Below are positions 42,267 through 51,517 of a stretch of DNA of 64,000 nucleotides, piece after piece. The notes below the pieces were generated by a model that was given only the letters and a program-made list of their open reading frames with translations, searched no databases and had not been told where the DNA came from. The position numbers and the translations under genes were made by a program. The DNA lies in NCBI GenBank assembly GCA_016933155.1, contig JAFGBM010000014.1:31776-95775 (forward strand), read 5' to 3'. Position 1 is the first letter of the stretch. Each line of letters opens with the position of its first letter. This DNA is from Demequinaceae bacterium. Its GTDB lineage: Bacteria > Actinomycetota > Actinomycetes > Actinomycetales > Demequinaceae.

Positions 42267-42285
42267 TAAGGGTGACCTAACCTAG
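42267..42285 (-). promoter_or_regulatory. IdeR/DtxR (DmdR)-type iron box
   Basis: Minus strand CTAGGTTAGGTCACCCTTA versus consensus TWAGGTWAGSCTWACCTWA (about 15/19); 22-40 nt upstream of the iron permease. Confidence 0.8.
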
Positions 42286-42391
42286 ATGAGTGCAGGCTAG
42301 GCGCTCAAGGATCTCTCTGTCAAAAATAGGAAACACATACGTTGCGTAAATGCGATCCGGCAGGCCTTCACCCTATCCGGGGGCAAGGCCG

Positions 42392-42409
42392 GCGTGACCT
42401 AGGTCCCGC
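42392..42409. promoter_or_regulatory. Palindromic DosR/DevR-like operator upstream of the OFA MFS
   Basis: GCGTGACCTAGGTCCCGC; near-identical to the site at 2080-2097. Confidence 0.6.
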
Positions 42410-42462
42410 AGTTGGGCGGGCTCCAGCCCGGAGGATGTGGGGGCACTCCGAAAGGTCGGTTC

Positions 42463-43992
42463 ATGAATATCCTCGACAAGGCGCACACCGTTGCTCCCAA
42501 GGGCTACAACCGCTGGCTCATCCCGCCGGCTGCTCTTGCCGTCCACCTCTCCATCGGACAGGTATACGCGCTCAGCGTTTTCAAGGATGCGCTCCGCTGG
42601 CGCTTCGGCGAGTGGTGTGAGGGCAATGTGATTGACGGTGCGTGCGTGCCCGCCTCCGGGGTCGATCCGGTATGGATGGAGGCCAGCCACACGTCCATCG
42701 GCGTCATTTTCTCCATTGCTATCGTCATGCTGGGCCTTTCGGCCGCGATCGGCGGTCGCTGGATGGAGCGCAACGGCCCGCGGAAGGCCATGGCGCTTGC
42801 CGCCACCTGCTGGGCAGGAGGCTTCGCGGTCGGTTCGCTGGGCCTCTTCACCGAGCAACTCTGGCTCGTCTACCTCGGCTATGGCGTTCTCGGCGGTATC
42901 GGGCTGGGTATGGGATACATCTCCCCGGTCTCGACGCTCATCAAGTGGTTCCCCGACCGCCCGGGCCTGGCCACGGGTCTTGCCATCATGGGCTTCGGCG
43001 GGGGAGCGATGCTCGCCTCGCCGCTCTCGAAATGGTTGCTCGACCGGTTCGCCAACACTGAGGCCGCGATCAACCAGTACGGACTTGAAGGGGTGACGGA
43101 TCCGGACACCCTGGAGGTGGCCGGACACGCGGCCGCCCTCGTCCCTTCTTGGCTCGCGCTCGGCGGCGTCTATCTCGTCTTGATGCTCCTCGGCGCCATC
43201 GTCGTCCGTGTCCCGAAGCCAGGCTGGAAGCCCGCAGGTTGGGTCCCCAAGGAGCACGGCCAGAGACTATCGAGCGGCGGCCAAGTGAACGCCAGGAACG
43301 CGATCAAGACCCCGTCGTTCTACTTCCTCTGGCTGGTGCTGTTCTGCAACGTCACCGCGGGTATCGGCATCCTGGAGAATGCCAAGCCGATGATCCAGGA
43401 CTACTACCCGCAGGTCACCGCAGCGGCAGCCGCGGGCTTTGTCAGCATCCTCTCCCTTGCCAACATGCTCGGACGCCTCGGTTGGTCGAGCCTCTCGGAC
43501 ACCATCGGTCGAAAGCTGACCTACGTCAAGTATTTGGGAGTCGGCGCACTTCTGTACACGTCGGTTGCCTTCTTCGGCCCGGACTCTATCGTCCTGTTCG
43601 TGCTGCTCATGATCGTGATCCTCAGTTTCTACGGCGGCGGATTTGCGACCATTCCGGCTTACCTCAAGGATGTCTTCGGCGAATTCGAGGTCGGCGCGAT
43701 CCACGGTCGTTTGCTGACCGCGTGGTCGGCCGCGGGCGTCGCCGGGCCGCTGATCATCAACAGCATCCTCGACGCTCTCGAAGCGCGTGGATACGAGGGC
43801 GCGGACCTCTACCGCCCGTCACTCCTGGTCATGGTCGGCATCCTGATGATCGGGTTCGTGGCGAACCTGCTCGTTCGTCCGGTGGATTCGAAGCATCACG
43901 TCCACGAGGACGACCTTCCCGACCACGACAAGCCTGTCGTCAAGGGCAAAGCCGGCGTGAAGAACTCCCCAGCCCTCATTGGAGCGAAATGA
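42463..43992 (+). CDS. OFA-family MFS transporter (oxalate/formate or monocarboxylate)
   Basis: NRWLIPPAALAVHLSIGQVYA, GYISPVSTLIKWFPDRPGLATG, YGGGFATIPAYL, IHGRLLTAWS. Confidence 0.9.
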   Translation: MNILDKAHTVAPKGYNRWLIPPAALAVHLSIGQVYALSVFKDALRWRFGEWCEGNVIDGACVPASGVDPVWMEASHTSIGVIFSIAIVMLGLSAAIGGRWMERNGPRKAMALAATCWAGGFAVGSLGLFTEQLWLVYLGYGVLGGIGLGMGYISPVSTLIKWFPDRPGLATGLAIMGFGGGAMLASPLSKWLLDRFANTEAAINQYGLEGVTDPDTLEVAGHAAALVPSWLALGGVYLVLMLLGAIVVRVPKPGWKPAGWVPKEHGQRLSSGGQVNARNAIKTPSFYFLWLVLFCNVTAGIGILENAKPMIQDYYPQVTAAAAAGFVSILSLANMLGRLGWSSLSDTIGRKLTYVKYLGVGALLYTSVAFFGPDSIVLFVLLMIVILSFYGGGFATIPAYLKDVFGEFEVGAIHGRLLTAWSAAGVAGPLIINSILDALEARGYEGADLYRPSLLVMVGILMIGFVANLLVRPVDSKHHVHEDDLPDHDKPVVKGKAGVKNSPALIGAK

Positions 43993-44105
43993 AGAAGGAA
44001 GTGCACAACCCTCTCGCCTATGTGCTGTGGGTAGTCGTTTCCGTCGGAATCGTCTACGGGGTGGCTCAGGTCGCCGTCAACGGAGCCAAGCTTTTCACCG
44101 AATAG
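43989..44105 (+). CDS. Small single-TM partner of the MFS (38 aa)
   Basis: MKKEVHNPLAYVLWVVVSVGIVYGVAQVAVNGAKLFTE; ATGA overlap with the MFS stop; GGAG RBS. Confidence 0.8.
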   Translation: MKKEVHNPLAYVLWVVVSVGIVYGVAQVAVNGAKLFTE

Positions 44106-44130
44106 GGCCAGCCGAAACCGCTGTGGGAGT

Positions 44131-45912
44131 CTAGTCGGCGTCCCCATCGATGTCGCAGATGGCCGTTCCCGCACTCACGGTCACCCCGACCGTTGCCGCG
44201 AGATTCGTGATCTTCCCGTTCCTGTGGGCCACGAGAGGCTGCTCCATCTTCATGGCTTCGAGGACCACGACGAGGTCCCCTTCCGCCACCATCGCACCAT
44301 CCTCTACCGCGACCTTGACGATTGTTCCTTGCATGGGTGAGGACAGGGTTTTTCCGCTCGTCAGCCGGACGGCTCCGTTGGCGCGTGCAGCCCTCCGGGG
44401 GCCGACCGCTCGGGCGCTTGCCCTCCCGGCGGCCGCGAGGCTTGCTGGTAGGACCACCTCCAGTCGCTTCCCGCTGACCTCGACGATGACCCGGGAGGTT
44501 TCCTCGGCCTCCCGATGCTCCGAGTCAGGGGTTCCTGCCTTGCCGAGAGAGGCGACAGTCTCGGCGAAGCCCGTCTCGATCCAGGTGGTGAAGACGCCCA
44601 GATGTCCATCGGGGGCCGTGAATTCGGGGGCGTCGAGGACGGCTCGATGGAACGGAATGACGGTGGGAATACCCTCGATGGCCATTTCCGAAAAGGCTCG
44701 GCGGGCGCGGGCGATGGCCTCATCCCTGGTTGCACCCGTGACGATGACCTTCGCCAGGAGCGAATCGAACGCCCCGGAGACGACGCTGCCTTGGACGATT
44801 CCCGCGTCGACCCGGACCCCCGGGCCGGAGGGGAGCCTCAATCCGGTCACCCTTCCAGGTGTCGGAAGGAAACCGGCTCCCGGGTCCTCGCCGTTGATGC
44901 GGAACTCGATCGAGTGTCCGCGGACGATCGGCTCCAAGACGGAGATGGGTTCGCCCGCCGCGATGCGGAACTGCTCCTTCACGAGGTCCATTCCCGTCAC
45001 CTCTTCGGAGACGGGGTGCTCCACCTGGAGCCGGGTGTTGACCTCCAGGAAGGAGACCGTTCCATCCGCACCGACGAGGAACTCGCAGGTGCCAGCGCCC
45101 AGGTAGTGCGCCTCCTTGAGGATCGCCCGGCTGCCCTCGACGATGACCGCCTCCTGCTCGGGGGTCAGGAAAGGCGCGGGGGCCTCCTCGACGAGTTTCT
45201 GGTGGCGACGCTGAAGCGAGCAGTCGCGGGTGGAGACCACGACGACATTGCCGTGCGAGTCCGCGAGGCATTGCGTCTCGACGTGACGGGGCTTGTCAAG
45301 GAAACGCTCGACGAAGCACTCGCCTCGGCCGAAGGCGGAGGTAGCCTCCCGAACGGCCGATTCGAAGAGCTGCGCGATGTCCTCGCGGGTGCGGGCCACC
45401 TTGAGGCCGCGACCGCCTCCGCCGTGGGCAGCCTTGATCGCCAGAGGAAGGCCGTGTTCGTCGGCGAAAGCGAGGATCTCCTCGGCGTCGGCGACGGGGT
45501 CGGGGGTTCCGTGGACGAGGGGGGCCCCGACCTTCTCGGCGATGCGGCGGGCGGAGACCTTGTCCCCCAACGCCTCGATCGCCTCGGGGGGTGGACCGAT
45601 CCAGATCAGCCCGGCCCCGATGACGGCGCGGGCGAAGTGGGCGTTTTCTGCGAGGAAGCCGTACCCGGGGTGGATCGCGGCGGCTCCGGAGCGTGCCGCG
45701 GCGTCGAGGATCTTGTCGATGTTGAGGTAGGTGTCCGTCGCGGTCGCTCCCCCAAGGGCGTAGGCGTCATCCGCAAGGGAGACGAATGGGGCATCGCGAT
45801 CGGGGTCGGCGTAGACGGCAACGGAACGAATTCCCGCGTCTCTCGCAGCCCGGATGATGCGAACCGCGATCTCGCCCCTGTTGGCTATCAGAACGGAGTC
45901 GAATGACGGCAC
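44131..45912 (-). CDS. accA: Acyl-CoA carboxylase alpha subunit (biotin carboxylase + BCCP)
   Basis: [42 protein letters not shown] biotinylation motif. Confidence 0.96.
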   Translation of the reverse strand: MPSFDSVLIANRGEIAVRIIRAARDAGIRSVAVYADPDRDAPFVSLADDAYALGGATATDTYLNIDKILDAAARSGAAAIHPGYGFLAENAHFARAVIGAGLIWIGPPPEAIEALGDKVSARRIAEKVGAPLVHGTPDPVADAEEILAFADEHGLPLAIKAAHGGGGRGLKVARTREDIAQLFESAVREATSAFGRGECFVERFLDKPRHVETQCLADSHGNVVVVSTRDCSLQRRHQKLVEEAPAPFLTPEQEAVIVEGSRAILKEAHYLGAGTCEFLVGADGTVSFLEVNTRLQVEHPVSEEVTGMDLVKEQFRIAAGEPISVLEPIVRGHSIEFRINGEDPGAGFLPTPGRVTGLRLPSGPGVRVDAGIVQGSVVSGAFDSLLAKVIVTGATRDEAIARARRAFSEMAIEGIPTVIPFHRAVLDAPEFTAPDGHLGVFTTWIETGFAETVASLGKAGTPDSEHREAEETSRVIVEVSGKRLEVVLPASLAAAGRASARAVGPRRAARANGAVRLTSGKTLSSPMQGTIVKVAVEDGAMVAEGDLVVVLEAMKMEQPLVAHRNGKITNLAATVGVTVSAGTAICDIDGDAD

Positions 45913-46006
45913 CAGGCCAACGTAGCGTGATCATGGGAGGCGTTTCGACCCCGGGGACAGGTCGGGGGGCAACTTTGGGGCGGGCGCTAACCTCCCGGCT
46001 TGACGT

Positions 46007-46079
46007 TTGTAGAAAAGGCACAACGAAAGGGGGCGATTCGCGAGGTTACGCCCCCGTAGGTTGTTCTGACTCGACAAAA
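46007..46079. promoter_or_regulatory. Two MabR/FasR (PucR-family)-like boxes upstream of accA
   Basis: TTGT-N9-ACAA at 46007-46023 and TTGT-N9-ACAAAA at 46061-46079. Confidence 0.65.
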
Positions 46080-46105
46080 CGGCTTGTTCGTATTCCGTTC
46101 CTGCC

Positions 46106-46774
46106 TCAGGACCACAGGTCGGTGATACTCAGCCCAAGGCGAATGAGAAGATGCCTGAGCAGGGGGAGGCTCAGTCCGACGACGCCGTGATGATCACCAT
46201 CGATGCCCTCGACGAAGGGCCCGCCCAGGCCGTCGATGGTGAATCCTCCAGCGACGCCGAGAGGCTCCCCCGTCGCGACGTAGGCGTCGATTTCCGCGTC
46301 GGTCAGATCGGCGAAACGTACGATCGTCGAGGAGGTGTCACCGGCCCGCCCTCCGATCGCGTCGCTGTCCGGGCTTTCAATCCGGTTGTCGATGAGGGCA
46401 TGTGCGGTGTGGAGGATGGCGGATTGGCCGCGAACCTCTCGCCAGCGTTCGCGCGCAACCTCGGGGGTGTGCGGCTTGCCCAGCAACTCTCCCCGGAACT
46501 CCAGCATGGAATCGCAGCCGAGGATGAGGGCGTCCGGATCGTGGTGCTCCTGCACCCACTCGGCCTTGGCGCTCGCCACGATGAAAGGCTGGTCTCTGAG
46601 GAGCAGTTCCGGCCCGAGTCCGGCTGAGTGGTGCTCCGAGAACAGGTCGCGGGCGTTCGCAAGAAGGCCGTCCTCGTCGATGTCGGCAACGATTACCGTC
46701 GGTTCGATGCCAGCCGAGCGCAGGGTCGACAACCGCGCGGGCGAGGCGGAAGCCAGGACGAGGGAAACGGGCAT
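46106..46774 (-). CDS. maf: Maf-family nucleoside triphosphate pyrophosphatase
   Basis: LVLASASPAR, ILGCDS, GKP, YVATGEP, AGGFTIDG, VVGLSLP. Confidence 0.93.
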   Translation of the reverse strand: MPVSLVLASASPARLSTLRSAGIEPTVIVADIDEDGLLANARDLFSEHHSAGLGPELLLRDQPFIVASAKAEWVQEHHDPDALILGCDSMLEFRGELLGKPHTPEVARERWREVRGQSAILHTAHALIDNRIESPDSDAIGGRAGDTSSTIVRFADLTDAEIDAYVATGEPLGVAGGFTIDGLGGPFVEGIDGDHHGVVGLSLPLLRHLLIRLGLSITDLWS

Positions 46775-46791
46775 GGCGTCAGCCTAGCCCG

Positions 46792-48576
46792 CTACGAGTA
46801 CGCCTTTGCCTGCATGGAGTAGAGGTCGGCGTACAGCCCGCCGAGTTTCATCAGTTCCTGGTGTGATCCGGCTTCCTGGATCCGGCCGTCGTTGACGACG
46901 AGGATGAGGTCCGCCATGCGCACGGTCGAGAAGCGGTGGGAGACGAGGATGGTGATGGCTCCGGTCTTCTTAGCAACGCGTTTTGCGGAGGCGGCATACT
47001 CCTCGAAGAGGTTGTGCTCGGCCTGGGCGTCGAGGGCACTCGTCGGTTCGTCCAGAACGAGCAGGAGCGGGGTCTCCCGCATCATCGCCCGACCCAGGGC
47101 GAGCTTCTGCCACTGCCCTCCGCTCAGTTCGGTGCCGTCGGCATAGGACTTTCCGATCTGGGTCTCGAGCCCATCCTCGAGGCGAGTCAGCAGGTCGTCG
47201 CCCCGGGCCCGATGGAGGGCTTTCTTGACGGCGGGGGTGCTCTCGATCTTCGGCAGATCCCCGATCCCGACGACCTCACGTGCGATGAATTCGAAGCGCG
47301 CGAAGTCTTGGAACCCCGCCGCGATGCGTCCCCGCCATTCGTCGAGGGGGAAGCGCCTCATGTCGACCCCATCCATCTCGATCGCGCCCGACGTCTGCTC
47401 GTAGAACCGGCAGAGCAGTTTGACGAGGGTCGTCTTGCCGGCTCCGTTCTCGCCGACGATGGCGACGGTGGTTCCTGCCGGAAGCTCGAGATTGACCCCA
47501 CCGAGAACCTTCCGTTCGGTACCCGGGTAGGCGAACGAAACGTCGCGGAGGGTGATCCCCTTCCTGATCGTCTTGGGGAGGGGTAGATCGGGCGTGGGGA
47601 GGTCCTTTTCGACCAACGCCCGCATCCAGGCCAGGTTGGCGAGGGTGCGGGAGACGCGCTGAAGGCCGACGAGGAGGAACACCGCCTGGGTGACTTGGGC
47701 GTTCACCTGGCTGGCCAACGAGATGACCAGGACGACATCCCCGACCGTACCCTGGTCGGCCACGACGTTCCGGATGACGAGGAGCGTCGCCCCGATGTAG
47801 GCGACGGCGAAAAGCAACTGCCCGATGACCTGAAGGAACGCGGAGCGGTCCTCTCCCTTGACGAGGATGTCCGTGGCATCCTTCCATGAGGCCTTCTGGC
47901 GATCGTGCATCTCCTCCCCGAGACCGCAGACCCGAATCTCCTTGGCCGGCCCCGCATCCGTGACGAGGTGGAAGACGTGCCGGACCTTGCGGGTGTGGGG
48001 TGCCGCGGCCTCACGGGCCTTCCCCATGCCGACCTCTCCCATCCGACCGAGGATGAGGGATGGGATGGCGAAGACGGGCAGGAGGAGGAGCCACGGGTTG
48101 AGGGTCGAGAGCAGGAAGATGGTGATGAGCATGCCCATCGCCAACCCGATGGAACTGAACAGGATGCTCATGACCATCCAGCCGGCCCAGTTGACCTCCT
48201 GGCGGATGACCCGGAGCTTGTCCGCGTAATCCGGCCGCTCGTGGTGTTCCAGCCCGGCCGAGCCGTTGCTGATGTCGATGAGGTCGCGCTCGATCGCGAG
48301 TTGGACCATCTCCCCCAATTCGAAGTAGAAGATGTGGCCGAAGTGCCCGGCGACAAGGCTGGCCATCGTCAGCGCCGCGACGGCGAGGGCGGCCCCGGTG
48401 ACGGCAGAGGCATCGTGACGGATAGCGGCGTTGGTGAGGGCCGCGAGCGCGGGGGCGGCGAGCGGCATCGCGACGAACTGCAGGGTCATGAGAAGGAACG
48501 ACAAGACCACTCGCCCCCTGCTCTCGTTCCAGGCGATGTGGGCGAGGGTCTTGGCCCCCCGGAGGGATTCGATCAT
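46792..48576 (-). CDS. ABC exporter TMD-NBD, subunit B1
   Basis: TM domain, GENGAGKTT, LSGGQWQK, VLDEPT, SHRFSTVR. Confidence 0.92.
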   Translation of the reverse strand: MIESLRGAKTLAHIAWNESRGRVVLSFLLMTLQFVAMPLAAPALAALTNAAIRHDASAVTGAALAVAALTMASLVAGHFGHIFYFELGEMVQLAIERDLIDISNGSAGLEHHERPDYADKLRVIRQEVNWAGWMVMSILFSSIGLAMGMLITIFLLSTLNPWLLLLPVFAIPSLILGRMGEVGMGKAREAAAPHTRKVRHVFHLVTDAGPAKEIRVCGLGEEMHDRQKASWKDATDILVKGEDRSAFLQVIGQLLFAVAYIGATLLVIRNVVADQGTVGDVVLVISLASQVNAQVTQAVFLLVGLQRVSRTLANLAWMRALVEKDLPTPDLPLPKTIRKGITLRDVSFAYPGTERKVLGGVNLELPAGTTVAIVGENGAGKTTLVKLLCRFYEQTSGAIEMDGVDMRRFPLDEWRGRIAAGFQDFARFEFIAREVVGIGDLPKIESTPAVKKALHRARGDDLLTRLEDGLETQIGKSYADGTELSGGQWQKLALGRAMMRETPLLLVLDEPTSALDAQAEHNLFEEYAASAKRVAKKTGAITILVSHRFSTVRMADLILVVNDGRIQEAGSHQELMKLGGLYADLYSMQAKAYS

Positions 48577-50585
48577 GGGAGGGCCTCCTCGAGGTCGATC
48601 GGGGCGTCGGGATCCACCGGTGCCTCGATGGTGTCGCCCTCGGCATCGAGCCCCTTGGCGAAGCGCTCGGCTTGGAGGGTGAACAACCGCTGGTAGTGGC
48701 CGCCGTTCTTCATCAACTGGGCGTGGGTTCCCTGTTCCGAGATCCGGCCCTCGTCGATGACGACGATGTGGTCAGCCCGACGGACGGAGGAGAAGCGGTG
48801 GGAGATGAGGATCGAGGTCACACCCTTGGTGAGTTCGACGAAACGATCGAAGAAGGCGACCTCGGCTCGCACATCGAGGGCCGAGGTCGGTTCGTCGAGG
48901 ACGAGAACCTTGGCGCCGTTCTGCAGAGCATACAGCGACCGGGCGATCGCGATGCGCTGCCACTGGCCTCCGCTCAGGTCGATGCCGTCCTGGTAAGCGC
49001 GGGCCAAGGGGGTGTCGAGTCCGAGGGGATGGTCGCCGAAGGCGTCGAGGATGCCCGCCCGGCGGGCGGCCTCCCGAACGCAGCCCTCGTCCCTCGGAAC
49101 GTGGATCGCGCCAATTGCGATGTTGTCCGCCGCGGTGAACTCGTACTTGATGAAGTCCTGGAAGATGACGCTTATCTGTCGACGCCACTCGACCGGATCG
49201 AGGAGGCCGATGTTCACCCCGTCTGCGAGGATCGCGCCCGAGGTCGGCTCGTAGAGCCGGGTGAGGAGCTTGACGAGCGTTGTCTTTCCGGCGCCGTTGA
49301 CGCCGACGATCGCCGTCGATCGACCGGCAGGGATCTCCAGGTCGAGGTCGTGGAGGACCCGCTCGTTCGCCCCGGGATACGAGAACTCGAGGTGGTGGAA
49401 GTGGAGGGACGCGTTCGGCAGTGACCGAACGGCGACGGTGGCGGGATCGGCAACACCGACCGCCACACGCGCGGCGTTTGTCGCGGTCTGCTCCCTTTCC
49501 CGCGCCTCGGCCCGTTCGATCTGAGTTCGGAGCGCTCGCATAGCCTCCACAGCACGCATCCCGAACTGGGTGGGGACGTCTGCCTCCTCGTAGGCCCCGC
49601 CGAGGGCGATGGCCCCCATCAGCGCCTGGAGGGATAGGGCGAGGGCCGTGAGTGACAGGTCATTCTCGACCGCCCCCTGCCCGATCCGGTAGACGACCCA
49701 GGCCAGCACCACGAGACCGACCGTGGTGATGAAGATGTAGGGGTAGAAGTAGATGCGCCTCCGCGCCCGCCCAACCGGGCCGAAAAGATCCCAGTAGGCA
49801 CGGTTGTAACGCTCCGAGAGCCACTCATTCGTCCGGAAGACCCGGGTCTCCTTCGAGGCGACGTCGCTCATGGAGAGCTCTCGGAGATAGTCGCGCTTGC
49901 GGTCTTCGGGCATGACCGTGCGCCAAACCGCTGAGAACTTGCGAAGCCCACCTCGGTTGCCGTAGCGGAACATCATGGTGACGCAGAAGACGACGGGACC
50001 CGCCCACCAGAACGAGGCGATGCTCAGCAAGACGCAGAAGGATAAGAGAGCGCCATAGCGGGCGATGAGGGCGAGTATCCCCGAGACCGCCTGGCCGGGG
50101 GTGTTCCAATCGTCGTCGAACGATCGGACGGACTCGGCCAGTTCGTTGAGGACGTCTTGATCCTCCAACGGGGCGATGGAGGTCGTCCGGGTCGTGAGGG
50201 ACAGGATCTCCTGCCGGAGCTGGCCATCGATCCGGCGCCTGACCCGCGAGGCCAGGGCCGTGACGACGGGTGCGACGATCCGGGCGAAGAGAAAGGCAAC
50301 GGCCGCCAGGACGAACGCCAGAACAAGGCCGTCCCAGGCGTCCGAAGCGACGCCCCCCTCGACCGCCGCGGGAACGCGGCCGATGACGATGGAGGTGGCC
50401 ACGACGAAGAAGACGGGCAGGGCGCCGGCGACGAGATTGAGCAGGATGAGAGACCCGGCGAGCGGCCATCCGACCCGGGGAACCATGCGGATGATCTCGA
50501 CTCGGGAGATGATCGTCCGTTCGACCCACAGGTCCCAGGAGGAACGCAGGCGCGATCGCCTTGACGTGGAGGTGGGGGTAGGCAC
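48573..50585 (-). CDS. ABC exporter TMD-NBD, subunit A1
   Basis: TM domain, GVNGAGKTT, LSGGQWQR, VLDEPT, SHRFSSVR; promoter TTGCCG-N16-TATACT-N6-GTG. Confidence 0.92.
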   Translation of the reverse strand: MPTPTSTSRRSRLRSSWDLWVERTIISRVEIIRMVPRVGWPLAGSLILLNLVAGALPVFFVVATSIVIGRVPAAVEGGVASDAWDGLVLAFVLAAVAFLFARIVAPVVTALASRVRRRIDGQLRQEILSLTTRTTSIAPLEDQDVLNELAESVRSFDDDWNTPGQAVSGILALIARYGALLSFCVLLSIASFWWAGPVVFCVTMMFRYGNRGGLRKFSAVWRTVMPEDRKRDYLRELSMSDVASKETRVFRTNEWLSERYNRAYWDLFGPVGRARRRIYFYPYIFITTVGLVVLAWVVYRIGQGAVENDLSLTALALSLQALMGAIALGGAYEEADVPTQFGMRAVEAMRALRTQIERAEAREREQTATNAARVAVGVADPATVAVRSLPNASLHFHHLEFSYPGANERVLHDLDLEIPAGRSTAIVGVNGAGKTTLVKLLTRLYEPTSGAILADGVNIGLLDPVEWRRQISVIFQDFIKYEFTAADNIAIGAIHVPRDEGCVREAARRAGILDAFGDHPLGLDTPLARAYQDGIDLSGGQWQRIAIARSLYALQNGAKVLVLDEPTSALDVRAEVAFFDRFVELTKGVTSILISHRFSSVRRADHIVVIDEGRISEQGTHAQLMKNGGHYQRLFTLQAERFAKGLDAEGDTIEAPVDPDAPIDLEEALP

Positions 50586-50672
50586 GGACCGAGTATAGGG
50601 ATGACGGCTGACACGGCAAGGGGCGAATTTCGACTGTTATCGAATCGGTACTCTCGCGTTACGTGTTCGATA

Positions 50673-51479
50673 TCAAGAGCGTTTCTGATTCTTGGTCCCG
50701 TGGTGGATCGCAACGATGCCGAAGAACAGCTTCCGAACACCGCAGTTCTCGAAACGAGCGGTCTCGAGCATCCGCAGCAAGGTGTCACGGTCGGGGTGCA
50801 TGCGAATGGACTCGGCCAGGTACCTATAGCTCGCGGGGTCTCGAAGGATGAGCCTTCCCAGTGTTGGAATGACGACGAAGGAGTAGGCGTGGTAGAACGG
50901 CCGGACGAACCACCTGACCGGTCGGGAGAACTCGAGGACGATCATCCGGCCCCCGGACCCCAGAACCCGGAGCATCTCGGAGAGGGCCACGGCTTGCCGT
51001 GTGACGTTTCGGAGCCCGAATCCGATGGTGACGACGTCGAAGGCGCCGTCCTCGAAGGGCAGGGCCTCGGCGTCGGCCTCCCTGAGAAAGACCCGGTCCC
51101 GAAGAGGATGGCCGGACAGCCTTCGCTCCGCCTCGGCCAGCATCGAGGGATTGATATCGGCGAGCGTGACCCGGCCCGTCGGCCCGACTCTCTTTGCCAG
51201 CAGGATCGCGATGTCCCCTGTCCCCCCGGCGAGGTCGAGGACGCTGTCCCCTTCCCGCACGCCGGCTATCCCCACGGCTCGGCGCTTCCACAGGCGGTGC
51301 ATCCCCCAGGTCATGAGGTCGTTCATAAGGTCGTAGCGACGGGCGACGCGGTCGAAGACTTCGGCGACCTTGCCCGCCTTCTCGTCCTCCCCGACTTCGC
51401 TGTATCCGAAGTGGGTGGAGTGTCCAGGGAACGAATCGCCTCGTGTGGACGCAGAGGCGTCGGGGGAGTCGTCCGTCAC
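50673..51479 (-). CDS. ubiE: UbiE/COQ5-type quinone C-methyltransferase (proteobacterial-like)
   Basis: THFGY, VFDRVARRYDLMNDLM, HRLWKR, VLDLAGGTGD, FGLRNVT, LEFS, SYRYLAESIRMHP; GTG after GGAGG RBS. Confidence 0.9.
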   Translation of the reverse strand: MTDDSPDASASTRGDSFPGHSTHFGYSEVGEDEKAGKVAEVFDRVARRYDLMNDLMTWGMHRLWKRRAVGIAGVREGDSVLDLAGGTGDIAILLAKRVGPTGRVTLADINPSMLAEAERRLSGHPLRDRVFLREADAEALPFEDGAFDVVTIGFGLRNVTRQAVALSEMLRVLGSGGRMIVLEFSRPVRWFVRPFYHAYSFVVIPTLGRLILRDPASYRYLAESIRMHPDRDTLLRMLETARFENCGVRKLFFGIVAIHHGTKNQKRS

Positions 51480-51517
51480 CGTCGTCCTCCGTTCCTGGGT
51501 GAGCGTAGCAGGGCGTC

